IMG/VR virus record: IMGVR_UViG_3300047369_000502
Coordinates: 1 to 56,324 of that record
DNA from: a virus
Taxonomy: Duplodnaviria; Caudoviricetes
Length of the DNA: 56,324 nt
Direction: 5' to 3' (one strand)
Shown here: piece after piece, positions 17,915 through 27,635 of the stretch
How the letters are laid out: each line of letters starts with the position of its first letter
Numbering within the stretch: the stretch's first letter is position 1
The notes under the pieces: generated by a model
Seen by the model: the letters and a program-made list of their open reading frames with translations, nothing else
Databases searched by the model: none
What the model was told of the DNA's origin: nothing
Made by a program: the position numbers and the translations under genes

Positions 17915-18295
17915 ATGCCTAGAAAGAAGAATTATTTAAACAATAAAGATTTATATAATGCAATTGTAGAATCTAAACAACAAGATAAGTTAACGCCCAC
18001 TGCAGAAAAAATGTTAGTTCTTTTAGCAGAGCGAACAATTAGAAAATTAACTTATGTAAACGAAGACGATAGGCAAGATTGTTTGCAATTTGCTCTATTA
18101 GACCTTTTAAAATATTGGCGTAATTTTAATCCAAAATATACTAACGCATTTGCTTATTTTACAGAAATAGCAAAAAGAGGTTATGCGAAGGGTTGGAATA
18201 AAATTCACCCACAAAAATATAAAAATACAATGTCTATTGATAGAATCACCACAGGAAAAGGTGGAGATGATGGAGGTGGAATGTTCAATATATAA
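17915..18295 (+). CDS. Late-transcription sigma factor (T4 gp55-like)
   Basis: NYLNNKDL...KYWRNFNP...NAFAYFTEIA matches the gp55 YVNNK...NFDP...NPFAYFTQI pattern. Confidence 0.85.
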   Translation: MPRKKNYLNNKDLYNAIVESKQQDKLTPTAEKMLVLLAERTIRKLTYVNEDDRQDCLQFALLDLLKYWRNFNPKYTNAFAYFTEIAKRGYAKGWNKIHPQKYKNTMSIDRITTGKGGDDGGGMFNI

Positions 18296-18768
18296 TGTCT
18301 ATAAAAAACTTAAAACCCACCGGTAATTCGGGTTTTGTACAAGGTTATTTTACACCGACAAATCCAGATAAGTATATTGGGCCAACGCCTATAATATACA
18401 GATCGTCATGGGAACGTAAGTTTTGTATTATGTGTGATACTAAAGAAACGGTAGTTAAGTGGTCCAGTGAGCCTGTAGAGATTAAATATATAAGTACAGC
18501 AGATAAAAGAGAACACAAGTATTATCCTGACTTTTATATGAAAACTAAAACCGATGAAGGTTATGAAGAGTTTTTAGTCGAGATAAAACCTGAAGCTCAA
18601 ATCAAAAAACCAAAACCACCAAAAAAGAAAAGTCAAAAGGCACTTAAATCGTATAAATTTTTAGCGGAGCAATTTATCAAAAATAGAGATAAGTATGCAT
18701 ATGCTAAAGCCTGGGCAGAAAATAGAGGTTGGAGATTTATAGTTTTAACTGAGAAGACACTTAAATAA
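18295..18768 (+). CDS. Head completion nuclease (T4 gp4-like, TnsA-like PD-(D/E)xK)
   Basis: PDKYIG...YRSSWERKF...WSSE...YYPDF...VEIKP...FIVLTE. Confidence 0.9.
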   Translation: MSIKNLKPTGNSGFVQGYFTPTNPDKYIGPTPIIYRSSWERKFCIMCDTKETVVKWSSEPVEIKYISTADKREHKYYPDFYMKTKTDEGYEEFLVEIKPEAQIKKPKPPKKKSQKALKSYKFLAEQFIKNRDKYAYAKAWAENRGWRFIVLTEKTLK

Positions 18769-19373
18769 TGGGTCAAATTAGAAAAGACATAAGAAAATTA
18801 TCAAAAGAGGCTGGTAGTAAAACTAAAGCTAGAAGACAGTCTGAAGATTGGTTTGCAAAATCATCTAAATCTATTAGAGAAAGTGCAGTAAAAAATTATG
18901 CTCGTCCATTTAAAACTGGCATGATTCATGTTTTTAGATATGATAAACCCAAACATATTGAAAGGTTACCGTGGTGGGATTCAAACCCAGTGGTATTGGC
19001 TTTAGACCCAACTGAAGCTGGAAATGATTTAGGTATTAATTTAAATTTATTGCCAGTAAGAGTTAAAGAGGATATGTTAGATATGATATATGATAGGATG
19101 AAAGGAGAGATTAAATCTCAAACATCTGGCGGCCGAAGTAACAATGCATTAAAACAAGGTCAAATTAAATTTACATATGATGGTGCCAAAAAATATTTAG
19201 AGCAATTCGGATTAGATTTTGCTATTAGACAATACATTCCCCAACTTAAATCAAATCAAAAAATAGTGGCCTATGAACATTGGGCTAAAATAGTACTATG
19301 TGATTTTATCGAGTTAAATGGAACTACTATTGGTAAGATAAAATATGCGTTTAGAAACCACCTTAAAAAATAA
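18768..19373 (+). CDS. DNA end protector (T4 gp2-like)
   Basis: GMIHVFRYD.PKH..LPWWD..PVV...GINLNLLP...IRQY. Confidence 0.8.
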   Translation: MGQIRKDIRKLSKEAGSKTKARRQSEDWFAKSSKSIRESAVKNYARPFKTGMIHVFRYDKPKHIERLPWWDSNPVVLALDPTEAGNDLGINLNLLPVRVKEDMLDMIYDRMKGEIKSQTSGGRSNNALKQGQIKFTYDGAKKYLEQFGLDFAIRQYIPQLKSNQKIVAYEHWAKIVLCDFIELNGTTIGKIKYAFRNHLKK

Positions 19374-19381
19374 GATATATA
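19374..19381 (+). promoter_or_regulatory. Late-type promoter GATATATA (portal)
   Basis: Recurrent motif. Confidence 0.65.
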
Positions 19382-19406
19382 AAAAAGAATATAATAATAA
19401 AACAAT

Positions 19407-20999
19407 ATGGCAGGATTTACAGACAGAAATGGACCATTAAGTAATAGTTCAAAACCGTTTAGCCTTTCAAACTCTTTGAAAACGCTATCTAGTTTTGGTA
19501 TGCGTTATGATGATTTGGTTCTAAGACAATCTCAAGCTATTGGTCCGATGGAAGCAGAAATCGGATATGGCCAAATGAATCCTTATGGTGTTGATAGCGA
19601 TGACATCTATGGTGCATTTGCCGCAATGTCCATGACGGACACGAATCTTAAGAAGAACATACCATTTTTCGACCAAGCTTATCCAGCTAAAAGAGACGAA
19701 CTAAGAGCATTTTCATTAAACGATGAAGTAGAAGATATTTTAGATATTCTATGTGATGAAACTATAGTATATGATGATAAAAACTTCTTTTGTCAACCTG
19801 AGATTTTAGGGCTTGATGTATCTAACGATGTAGAAAAGGACTTAAACAAATACTTTAGACAAATCTATCACTATTTTGGTTTTAATTCTGACCAATCTGC
19901 ATGGTATTATTTTAGAAAATTCTTAATTGATGGTTATCTAACATTTGAGATAATTTATTCCCCCGATCAAAAAGAAATTATTGGATTTAAAGAATTAGAC
20001 CCAATCACACTTATTCCAGGTTACAATCACGATGATGGTAAAAAGGTTTGGGTACAATATAAAGACGATCCAGTAAAAGAAAGAAAATTATATGATTCAC
20101 AAATCATTTATCTTTCTTATTCTTCAATTACCACTGCATCTAGAGTTTCATATATTGAGAGATTAACAAGAGCATTTAACTTGTTAAGAATTATGGAACA
20201 CACTAGAGTTATCTGGGCTGTAACTAACGCTTCATTCAGAATGAAGTTTATTATTCCGGTTGGTGGTAAATCTAAAACAAGAGCAAAACAATCACTTGCT
20301 CAATTAATGAATTCATATAAAGAAACGGTTGATTTTGATTGGGAATCAGCAACGTTGGCCACAGACGGTAAACCAATGTTACAATTCTCAAAAGAATATT
20401 GGTTACCTTCTAAAGATGGTGAAACTCCAGAAATTGAAACACTTGGAGGTGAAGGTCCAGACCTATCAGATACAGAAGCACTTAAATACTTCTCTGATAA
20501 ATTAAAGCATGTTTCTAAAATTCCATATTCTAGATTTTTATACGAAGATGGCGGAGGTGACTTTAACCTTGCTGCCGATGGTATGATTAGAGATGAAATC
20601 AAATTTGGTAAATTTATCAAAAGATTAAGATCGGTTTTCCAAGAAATTATGGTGAAACCTCTTTATATTCAAATGTGTCTAAAATATCCTGAGTTTACTA
20701 ATGACCCTCAGTTCAAAACACAAGTTGCACTGAGATTTAATGAAGAAAATGTCTTTGCTGAATTAAAGACAATGGAAATCATGGAACGTAGATTAGAATT
20801 TATCGGCTCTATGAGAGATTCATTAATGACAACTAATCAAGAAACAATGGAAGAAGAATATTACTTCGATCAAGAGTACTTAGTTAAGAAATATCTTAAA
20901 CTAACTGATGATGAGATTAGGGCTAATAATGCTGCTAAATCAAAGCAAGCTAAAGATGACGCTGAAGCGCCAGAGCCAGAAGACCCATTCGCAATGTAA
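19407..20999 (+). CDS. Portal protein (T4 gp20-like)
   Basis: FRKFLIDG, SYIERL.RAFNLLRIME, EYWLP...EIETLGG, IRDEIKFGKFIKRLR. Confidence 0.93.
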   Translation: MAGFTDRNGPLSNSSKPFSLSNSLKTLSSFGMRYDDLVLRQSQAIGPMEAEIGYGQMNPYGVDSDDIYGAFAAMSMTDTNLKKNIPFFDQAYPAKRDELRAFSLNDEVEDILDILCDETIVYDDKNFFCQPEILGLDVSNDVEKDLNKYFRQIYHYFGFNSDQSAWYYFRKFLIDGYLTFEIIYSPDQKEIIGFKELDPITLIPGYNHDDGKKVWVQYKDDPVKERKLYDSQIIYLSYSSITTASRVSYIERLTRAFNLLRIMEHTRVIWAVTNASFRMKFIIPVGGKSKTRAKQSLAQLMNSYKETVDFDWESATLATDGKPMLQFSKEYWLPSKDGETPEIETLGGEGPDLSDTEALKYFSDKLKHVSKIPYSRFLYEDGGGDFNLAADGMIRDEIKFGKFIKRLRSVFQEIMVKPLYIQMCLKYPEFTNDPQFKTQVALRFNEENVFAELKTMEIMERRLEFIGSMRDSLMTTNQETMEEEYYFDQEYLVKKYLKLTDDEIRANNAAKSKQAKDDAEAPEPEDPFAM

Positions 21000-21029
21000 T
21001 ATCTTAAAAAAGGAAAGAATATATAAACT

Positions 21030-21368
21030 ATGAAGATTATACAAACATTTGAAGAATTCATTCAAGAGGACGCTCTTAAAGCAGGCGAAGAATCTAAATT
21101 ATATGTCGATGATGTTAAACTAGATTCAGGTCCTACGATTAAGGCGGCAGAGATTTTGGGTGCTATTACAACAGCTAAAACCGAAGATGAATTTAAAGAC
21201 TATTTTTACGCAGAGTATGGTGAAGCTGCATTTGCAGAAGGAGAAATGGACGTTATAGTTGGGTTCTATTTAGATAAGGCTGCCGAAGACGCAGAGGCCG
21301 AAAAAGAGGCTGAAAAAGAGGAAGAAGGAGCTGAAGGAGGGGACGACGATCCACTGGCAGACATATAA
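21030..21368 (+). CDS. Small acidic prohead core/internal protein
   Basis: Lies between portal and protease; N-terminal IQTFEEFIQE resembles the T4 capsid-targeting sequence. Confidence 0.55.
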   Translation: MKIIQTFEEFIQEDALKAGEESKLYVDDVKLDSGPTIKAAEILGAITTAKTEDEFKDYFYAEYGEAAFAEGEMDVIVGFYLDKAAEDAEAEKEAEKEEEGAEGGDDDPLADI

Positions 21369-21423
21369 TAAGATATTTCAATAATAAAATAGGATATATA
21401 TTAAAAATAGAAAAACTATAAAT

Positions 21424-23706
21424 ATGAAAAATACAAACGATTTATTAATCGTCGAAATGTCGTCTTCAGCACTGAGCTCAGTTCAGAACGAAGAAAAAGC
21501 GTACATTCTCGAAGGTATTTTTGGTCAAATCGATCAGAAAAATAGAAACAACCGTATCTATACGGAGTCTGAATATGTTCCACAGATCGAAGCACTTCAA
21601 GCTAAGATCGACGCTTCTAAACTTTTAGGAGAATTGGACCACCCTACTTCATTTGATACTTCACTTAAAAACGTATCTCACATCATTGAAGAACTTCATT
21701 ATGATAAAGACACAAAGCAAGTAAGAGGTAGAATTAGATTATTAGATACTGATGCTGGTAGACAAGCTAAGGCTTTAGTTGATGCTGGTATTCCTTTACA
21801 AATTTCATCAAGAGCAGCAGGTGCCGTTGAATCTAACGGTAAAGTAAAAATCAAACAATTATTTACTTACGACCTGGTTGCCGATCCTGGTTTTGAAAAT
21901 GCAGAATTAAAGAGAGTTAACGAATCTTATGGATTTGATAATGATTCTGGTTTATGGATTTACGAAATGAACAACGAAGGTAAGGTTGAAAAAGAAAACA
22001 TTGAAACTATAACAACACAAATAAAAGAAAATAAAAACATGGCAGAATTTGTAAAGGCTGAAGACTTCAACAAGTACTCAGAGTATTTAGCGAACGAAAT
22101 CAAGTCGATTAAAGAAGATATCAACGCTAAGCAAGAAGAAGCTGGCGAAGATAAAACAGTTGAGAATTTAACTCATCATAACGATCACATTGTTGAAAGC
22201 GTTAATAAATTATCAGATTACGTTGGTTATCTAGCTGAAAAACTAGATGAATCTATTCAGTATACAGAACATGTTGCTGAAAAAACAGACCAAGGTATTT
22301 CTTATAGTGAATCTATTGCTGAAAAACTAGATAAAGGTATTCAATATTCAGAGCACTTAGCTGAAGCAGTTAGTAAAGTAAAAGACTTTGCTGATTATTT
22401 AGCTGAAGCACACAATGAAGGTGCTGCAACACATGAAACACTTGTTGGTTATGTTGAATATTTAAAAGAAAACTTACAATCAGTTTCAGAATATGCTGAA
22501 TATATCGCTGAATCAATTAATGAAAACTTTGTTACAGAAGAAGACGAAGCTGAAGAGCCAGGTCTAGAAAAAGAAGATGCTGAATCTGCAGAAGAAATCG
22601 TTGATAACGATGGAGAAGGTGACGTTGAAGGCGAAGAAGTAGCAAAAGAAGCTGGTGAAGATAATGAAGATGAATTAGAAGACGTTACGGAAGTTGGACC
22701 AGAAGGTGAAACTGAATCACAAGACGAAGCTGTTGAAGTTGAAGCTGAAGAAGAAGTTGAAGAAGAACTAGAAGGTGAAGTTGAAGCTGAAGAGTCTGAC
22801 GATGATGACGATGATGACGACGATGACGACGATGATGATGACGATGACGATGAAATTGAAGAAGTTGAAGAATCTGATGAAGGCGCAAAAGATGTTGAAG
22901 ATATCGAAGACGAAGAAGTTGAAGCAGGTGATAACTCTGAAGAGGGTGATGTATCTGAAGAAGGTGAAGGTAAATCAGTAGAAGATATCGAAGGCGAAGA
23001 AGTTGAAGCAGGTGATAACTCTGAAGAGGGTGACGTTGAAGGCGAAGACTTCGAAGAAGCTGAAGAATTAGAAGATGAATCAGAAGAATCTGATGCACAA
23101 GTTGAAGATGAATCAGAAGAAGTTGAAGCAGGTGAAGGCGAAGAAGAAGCTGAAGGCGAAGAAGGAGCACACGATCCTTTGGAAGCATATAAAACTGAAA
23201 TCTCTTCTAAACTAGATAAATTAGTTGAAAATGCTCAAGCTAAAGAAAATGAAAATCCTTCATTCTTTAGAGTAGTTTCATCTAAAACAAGAGAAGCATA
23301 TAACACATTAAGTGAAGATGCTAAAACAAACGTTAGACAAAGAGTTGCAAAAAGAGGCTTTATGACAGAAAGAGAAATCTTAGCACACATTAACGAATCA
23401 CAATTAATCGTTGAAAGTGCTGGTCAAGCTCCTTTATATGTTTCAGCAATGCCAACAGAGTATGCTGAAAAATGGGAAAACTTAAGTGAAGCTAAGCAAA
23501 ATCAGATTCACGCTCAGGCAAAGTATCACACTTTAAATACTGAGTATCAAGTTAGCAATTTCTGGCAAACTAGAGATTTAAGAGAAACTCCAGTTAATTT
23601 AGAAAAAGTTGAAATGGTAAAAGAATCTAAGCAAGTAGAAGAAAAGAAGGACTTATATGACACTTCTAAGTACGCTGAAGCTTTCAAGAAAAGATTTAAC
23701 AAATAA
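21424..23706 (+). CDS. Prohead protease (gp21-like) fused to an acidic scaffold/core domain (gp22-like)
   Basis: LEGIF..NRNNRIY, GELDHP, VSHII, ISSRAAG, TYDLVADPGF in the first ~165 aa, then helical repeats and an Asp/Glu-rich tract. Confidence 0.85.
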   Translation: MKNTNDLLIVEMSSSALSSVQNEEKAYILEGIFGQIDQKNRNNRIYTESEYVPQIEALQAKIDASKLLGELDHPTSFDTSLKNVSHIIEELHYDKDTKQVRGRIRLLDTDAGRQAKALVDAGIPLQISSRAAGAVESNGKVKIKQLFTYDLVADPGFENAELKRVNESYGFDNDSGLWIYEMNNEGKVEKENIETITTQIKENKNMAEFVKAEDFNKYSEYLANEIKSIKEDINAKQEEAGEDKTVENLTHHNDHIVESVNKLSDYVGYLAEKLDESIQYTEHVAEKTDQGISYSESIAEKLDKGIQYSEHLAEAVSKVKDFADYLAEAHNEGAATHETLVGYVEYLKENLQSVSEYAEYIAESINENFVTEEDEAEEPGLEKEDAESAEEIVDNDGEGDVEGEEVAKEAGEDNEDELEDVTEVGPEGETESQDEAVEVEAEEEVEEELEGEVEAEESDDDDDDDDDDDDDDDDDDEIEEVEESDEGAKDVEDIEDEEVEAGDNSEEGDVSEEGEGKSVEDIEGEEVEAGDNSEEGDVEGEDFEEAEELEDESEESDAQVEDESEEVEAGEGEEEAEGEEGAHDPLEAYKTEISSKLDKLVENAQAKENENPSFFRVVSSKTREAYNTLSEDAKTNVRQRVAKRGFMTEREILAHINESQLIVESAGQAPLYVSAMPTEYAEKWENLSEAKQNQIHAQAKYHTLNTEYQVSNFWQTRDLRETPVNLEKVEMVKESKQVEEKKDLYDTSKYAEAFKKRFNK
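22798..22851 (+). repeat. GAY trinucleotide run encoding 18 consecutive Asp
   Basis: gac/gat x18. Confidence 0.9.
22897..23033 (+). repeat. Two-copy direct repeat (~53 bp, period 84 nt) encoding EDIExEEVEAGDNSEEGD
   Basis: Copies start at 22897 and 22981. Confidence 0.85.
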
Positions 23707-23708
23707 AA

Positions 23709-23716
23709 GATATATA
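23709..23716 (+). promoter_or_regulatory. Late-type promoter GATATATA (major capsid)
   Basis: Recurrent motif. Confidence 0.7.
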
Positions 23717-23807
23717 ATAATATAATCGACGATAGGGTGACAGAAGCAGAAAACCCAAGTATGTCGAGTTTTTAACTAAACACAAATAAAAAAAACGATC
23801 ATTAAAA

Positions 23808-25217
23808 ATGGCAAATTTATTAAACGAAGCTGAGATCAGAAATACTTGGGCGCCAATCATCGAAGAGGCAACTGGTATTAATGAATCAGAAAAATTAGCG
23901 TGGATGTCGCAATACTGCCACAACCACAAACTGTATGAAGACGCAAACATTATGTCTTTATCAGACAACCCTGGCCCAATGAACCTTTCAGGTATGGGTG
24001 CAGTAACATTCCCAGGTAGCATTTCACAAGGTGCTGCTGACGGTGCTACTGGTTCAGGTGACAAAGCTCCAACTTTACTTCCTTTAGCGATGCAAGTTGC
24101 AGCTCAAACAATTGGTTTAGACTTAGTTCCTGTTGTACCAATGGCAGGTCCTATGGGCTTATTATCTTACCTAGACTTCACTTACCAAGGTGGTAGATTA
24201 GATAACGCTCAAGCTCCAACTTACGTTAAGACTGACGGTACTCCGGCAGACGCAACTAAAGAAGTTGAAGTAGGTACTTCAAGAATCGACGGTTTAAAAA
24301 TCTACTCAGTAGGTTCAGCCTTAAGCGCTGGTCAAACTATTGCTGACTTATTCACTGGTGAAACTACTATTGAATTAGTTGCTGCATTAGAAGACCACGT
24401 TCCTGGATTCTCAGGTGGTACTGACGTCTTAGACGCAAACGATGAAGTTCTTTACAGAAAGCCTTTCAATAGAGATGCTGGTGAAAAGACTGCTGACAAA
24501 GTAATGGGTCTTTCATTATTCAGTAAATCAGTTGCTGCGGAAACTTTCCAAGTAGCTGCTGCTGTAACTAGAGAGCAAATCCAAGACTTAAAACAATTCG
24601 GTGTTGACGCTGTAGCTCAAGTTGAGTCAGTATTAACTAACGAATTAACTCAGTCAATCAACCAACACATCTTAGGTAAAATGAGAGAAATCGCTAAATC
24701 TGATTTATTAAGCGGTGTAGCTCTTGATTTAACTTTAGACGGTGGAGAAACTAGAGGTGATGCTCATAGAAGAATCTTAACAAACATTTTAGCTGCTGCT
24801 AACTTAATTGCTATCAGAGGTAGAAGAGGTGCTGGTAACTTCGCTGTCGTAGGTGGTAAAGTTGCATCTGCATTACAAGGTGTTGCAGGATTCGTACCAA
24901 ACCCAATGGCTAACACTTTCAACCAAGTTGCAGGTGCTATCTTCCCAGTAGGTTCGGTTGCAGGTATCAACGTATACACTGACCCTAACTTAGGCTTTGG
25001 TGAAGCTGAAATCTTAGTTGGTAGAAAAGGTGACGGAAACGGTCCTGGTCTAGTATTCATGCCTTACTTAATGGCTGAATCAGTACAAGCGATCGCTGAA
25101 GGTACAATGGCTCCAAAAGTAGCTGTGAAATCAAGATACGCTTTAGTTGAAGCTGGTTTCCACACTGCTGAGCAGTACCAGAAGTTCTCTTTAGACGCTT
25201 CTAAATTCTCACTATAA
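23808..25217 (+). CDS. Major capsid protein (T4 gp23-like)
   Basis: WAPIIE, DLVPVVPMAGPMG, EQIQDLK..GVDA, ELTQSINQHI, RRGAGNF, FMPY, KSRYAL. Confidence 0.92.
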   Translation: MANLLNEAEIRNTWAPIIEEATGINESEKLAWMSQYCHNHKLYEDANIMSLSDNPGPMNLSGMGAVTFPGSISQGAADGATGSGDKAPTLLPLAMQVAAQTIGLDLVPVVPMAGPMGLLSYLDFTYQGGRLDNAQAPTYVKTDGTPADATKEVEVGTSRIDGLKIYSVGSALSAGQTIADLFTGETTIELVAALEDHVPGFSGGTDVLDANDEVLYRKPFNRDAGEKTADKVMGLSLFSKSVAAETFQVAAAVTREQIQDLKQFGVDAVAQVESVLTNELTQSINQHILGKMREIAKSDLLSGVALDLTLDGGETRGDAHRRILTNILAAANLIAIRGRRGAGNFAVVGGKVASALQGVAGFVPNPMANTFNQVAGAIFPVGSVAGINVYTDPNLGFGEAEILVGRKGDGNGPGLVFMPYLMAESVQAIAEGTMAPKVAVKSRYALVEAGFHTAEQYQKFSLDASKFSL

Positions 25218-25240
25218 TCTAGATTAGAGATTTTAATATT

Positions 25241-25270
25241 AAAGGCCCTCGAAATGAGGGCCTTTTTTTT
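25241..25270 (+). terminator. Intrinsic terminator after major capsid gene
   Basis: AAAGGCCCTC-GAAAT-GAGGGCCTTT followed by a T-tract. Confidence 0.85.
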
Positions 25271-25342
25271 GTTTGGAAATTAAGCAAATTAGAACAGATA
25301 TATAAAGTATAATCTAATATTAAGTTTAAAAAAAATATAACA

Positions 25343-27058
25343 ATGATGAAATTAACTAAAAAGATAATGTTATTTGAAGACTTCTCAGCAAGTGCATCAG
25401 ATAAACAAAATGCACAAGCAAGTGCACCTACTACAGCTAATTCTGTTGCAGTTGATGCAACTGCTCAAGATGCTGCTGGAGAAACTTTAAGAACTGAAAT
25501 CGTAAAAGATGTTGATTCTATTTTAACAAGACTTTCTGAGTTATCAGACAATATTAAAGAGGGTTTAAATATTCACGAAGCTTTTAACGAATATGAAATT
25601 TTATTAGAAGAACTAATAGAAGAAGATGAAGAGTTAAATGAAAAAATCATTGATATTATTAAAAGCCCTATAAAATACACTAAGATTAAAAACAATCTTA
25701 AAAAGTATCAAAAAGCTTTAGTGCAAATATCTATCAATGATGTAGATTTTGCAAAGAAAATGCAAGCATCTGATGCAGATTCAGGTAAAGGTACCGAAAG
25801 AAGAGCTACATTAGACGCTGCAAATACTGCAAAGAACAAGGCACTAAAAGACCAAGCTGATGCTATTTCAGCTAGAATGGATGAATTAGCAATATCACAA
25901 GGATTAAAACTTATTGTTACGTCGGGTAAAAATAAAGCTAAACTACAAGCAGCTAAAATTGTAATGAAAGCAACTTCAGGTGAAGAAGCAAAGCAGTTAA
26001 AATTAAAGATAGAAACTTTAGAGGACAGAATTGCTAATGATGGTAAATCACTAAAAGATTACGCTAAAGAAAATCCAGCTGAAGGAGCTCCAAAAACCGA
26101 TGATGGTAATTCTTCTAAAACTGCTCAAGATGCAATGGATGCAAATGCTAAAAAATCTAAAGAAGACGCCAAGAAAGAAGACGGTGGCAAAAAAGACGGT
26201 GGCAAGAAAGAAGACGGTGGTAAAAAAGAAGACGGTGGTAAAAAAGAAGAAGATGGCAAGAAAGAAGAGGAGGTTGAAAAGATTAAACAAGCTTCTCAAA
26301 AAGTTAAAACTGAAATCGACGATTTACCAAAAGGACCAAATGGTCAACCTACAAGTGGGCCAAAGAAAGCTGAAGTTGAGCTAAAAAAATTAGAATTAGA
26401 CCTTAAAGCTGCTGAAAAAGAAGGTGACCAAGAAAAGGTAAAAGAATTAAAAGATAAAATAGCAGCCGCTAAAACAACAGCTAGCTTAAAACCAAGTGGA
26501 GTTTCAGGTAAGAAAGAAGACGGTGGTAATGAAGAGACTCCTGAAGTAAAAAAGCATAAAGCTAAAATCAAAGAGTATGAAGATGCTATTGAAGCTTTAA
26601 AAGATAAGAAAGACAAAAGCTCTAAAGATAAATTAGGGATTATTCAGTCAGCTTTAAAATCCGAAAAAGATAAATTAGCAAAAGCTAAAGGAACCGGAGT
26701 AACTGAAGAAAGTTTAGAAATCATAGAAGAAGCTACATTGCCTGAATTAATGGCATATGACGCTGATGAAGATAACTACGCATATTTAAAATCTAAAGCT
26801 AAAGAATTCGGTGTAAAAGTAGCAGTTGCTACGGGCGATGATTCTTTATATTGGGATATGGGATATGATACACTAACATATACTGGTAAAAAGGATGCTA
26901 TCTTAAAATTAGCTGCAATTTCAGGTCACGATCAAGATATTTGTTCAGAACCAGATTGTGGCGGATATGAATTAACTGAAAACGTTATTGAATTACCTAA
27001 AACAGTTAAGTTGACTGAAGGTATGTCAATTGCTCAGAAATTTAAAGCATTAATGTAA
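25343..27058 (+). CDS. Lys/Glu-rich low-complexity late protein, probable internal head protein
   Basis: Late motif at 25297; N-terminal IMLFEDF; KKEDGG repeats; several L/I/V-x-E sites. Confidence 0.6.
   Translation: MMKLTKKIMLFEDFSASASDKQNAQASAPTTANSVAVDATAQDAAGETLRTEIVKDVDSILTRLSELSDNIKEGLNIHEAFNEYEILLEELIEEDEELNEKIIDIIKSPIKYTKIKNNLKKYQKALVQISINDVDFAKKMQASDADSGKGTERRATLDAANTAKNKALKDQADAISARMDELAISQGLKLIVTSGKNKAKLQAAKIVMKATSGEEAKQLKLKIETLEDRIANDGKSLKDYAKENPAEGAPKTDDGNSSKTAQDAMDANAKKSKEDAKKEDGGKKDGGKKEDGGKKEDGGKKEEDGKKEEEVEKIKQASQKVKTEIDDLPKGPNGQPTSGPKKAEVELKKLELDLKAAEKEGDQEKVKELKDKIAAAKTTASLKPSGVSGKKEDGGNEETPEVKKHKAKIKEYEDAIEALKDKKDKSSKDKLGIIQSALKSEKDKLAKAKGTGVTEESLEIIEEATLPELMAYDADEDNYAYLKSKAKEFGVKVAVATGDDSLYWDMGYDTLTYTGKKDAILKLAAISGHDQDICSEPDCGGYELTENVIELPKTVKLTEGMSIAQKFKALM
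26171..26269 (+). repeat. Tandem 15-21-bp repeats encoding KK(E)DGG
   Basis: aagaaagaagacggtggc and variants, about 5 copies. Confidence 0.85.
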
Positions 27059-27060
27059 TA

Positions 27061-27570
27061 TTAAAGCGAGCGTTTAGCTCCTTTTTTAACAAGTTTAAGA
27101 AACTCTTCTCGTTCTTCGAGCAAGAGTTTTTTACATTTCTTGCGAAACTCAATTGAAGATTTTAAAATACGACTGTCTACCATTGGAGCTTTTAAAATAT
27201 CTCTATATTCTGGATGAACAAAATTTTCTAAATCAAAGTTCATAAATTTAGCCTTAATATGCTTTAAACTTATTGCACATTGCCAATCTATTTGATTGTA
27301 ATTATTTTCTAATGTTTTAAAATTTACTAAGGTTTCTGACTGAGCATCCCAAAATCCTCTAACTTGATTTTGATTTTGTTTTACGGGTCTTTGCGTTTTA
27401 AGAATGCACTCTATGACCCGATCGTCATCTGCCCATCTCCTAACGTGTCTATTCTCCACCAAGAATTTACGATAAAACTTTTGCAAAGGTGCAAGTATAA
27501 TACCATATCGATTACGAGGATTTGGACCATTGGTCCTATTAAGGATAATATGTAGATATGATTTAGCCAT
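27061..27570 (-). CDS. Hypothetical basic protein; the only convincing minus-strand gene
   Basis: 169-aa ORF exactly fills the gap between two + strand genes; minus-strand AGATAAATA late motif upstream. Confidence 0.75.
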   Translation of the reverse strand: MAKSYLHIILNRTNGPNPRNRYGIILAPLQKFYRKFLVENRHVRRWADDDRVIECILKTQRPVKQNQNQVRGFWDAQSETLVNFKTLENNYNQIDWQCAISLKHIKAKFMNFDLENFVHPEYRDILKAPMVDSRILKSSIEFRKKCKKLLLEEREEFLKLVKKGAKRSL

Positions 27571-27587
27571 ATATTATATTTATCTCT

Positions 27588-27615
27588 GAAACAAATCTAA
27601 GCCTTGAGAGTATAA
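27588..27615 (+). promoter_or_regulatory. Middle-type promoter (GAAAC-N18-TATAA) for the clamp loader
   Basis: GAAAC 27588-92, TATAA 27611-15. Confidence 0.6.
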
Positions 27616-27635
27616 CCAGTAAACAAAATAAATAT

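Noticed and set aside
18295-18768. Tn7 TnsA transposase / mobile element
   Set aside because: Context (gp55-gp4-gp2-portal) and motifs fit the T4 gp4 head completion protein; no tnsB or transposon ends.
22685-23188. Minus-strand Leu/His/Arg-rich ORF and +-strand Met/Thr-rich ORF
   Set aside because: Alternative-frame read-outs of the GAA/GAT low-complexity tract.
22798-26269. Repeats considered as a CRISPR array
   Set aside because: They are in-frame coding repeats without unique spacers; no cas genes in the window.
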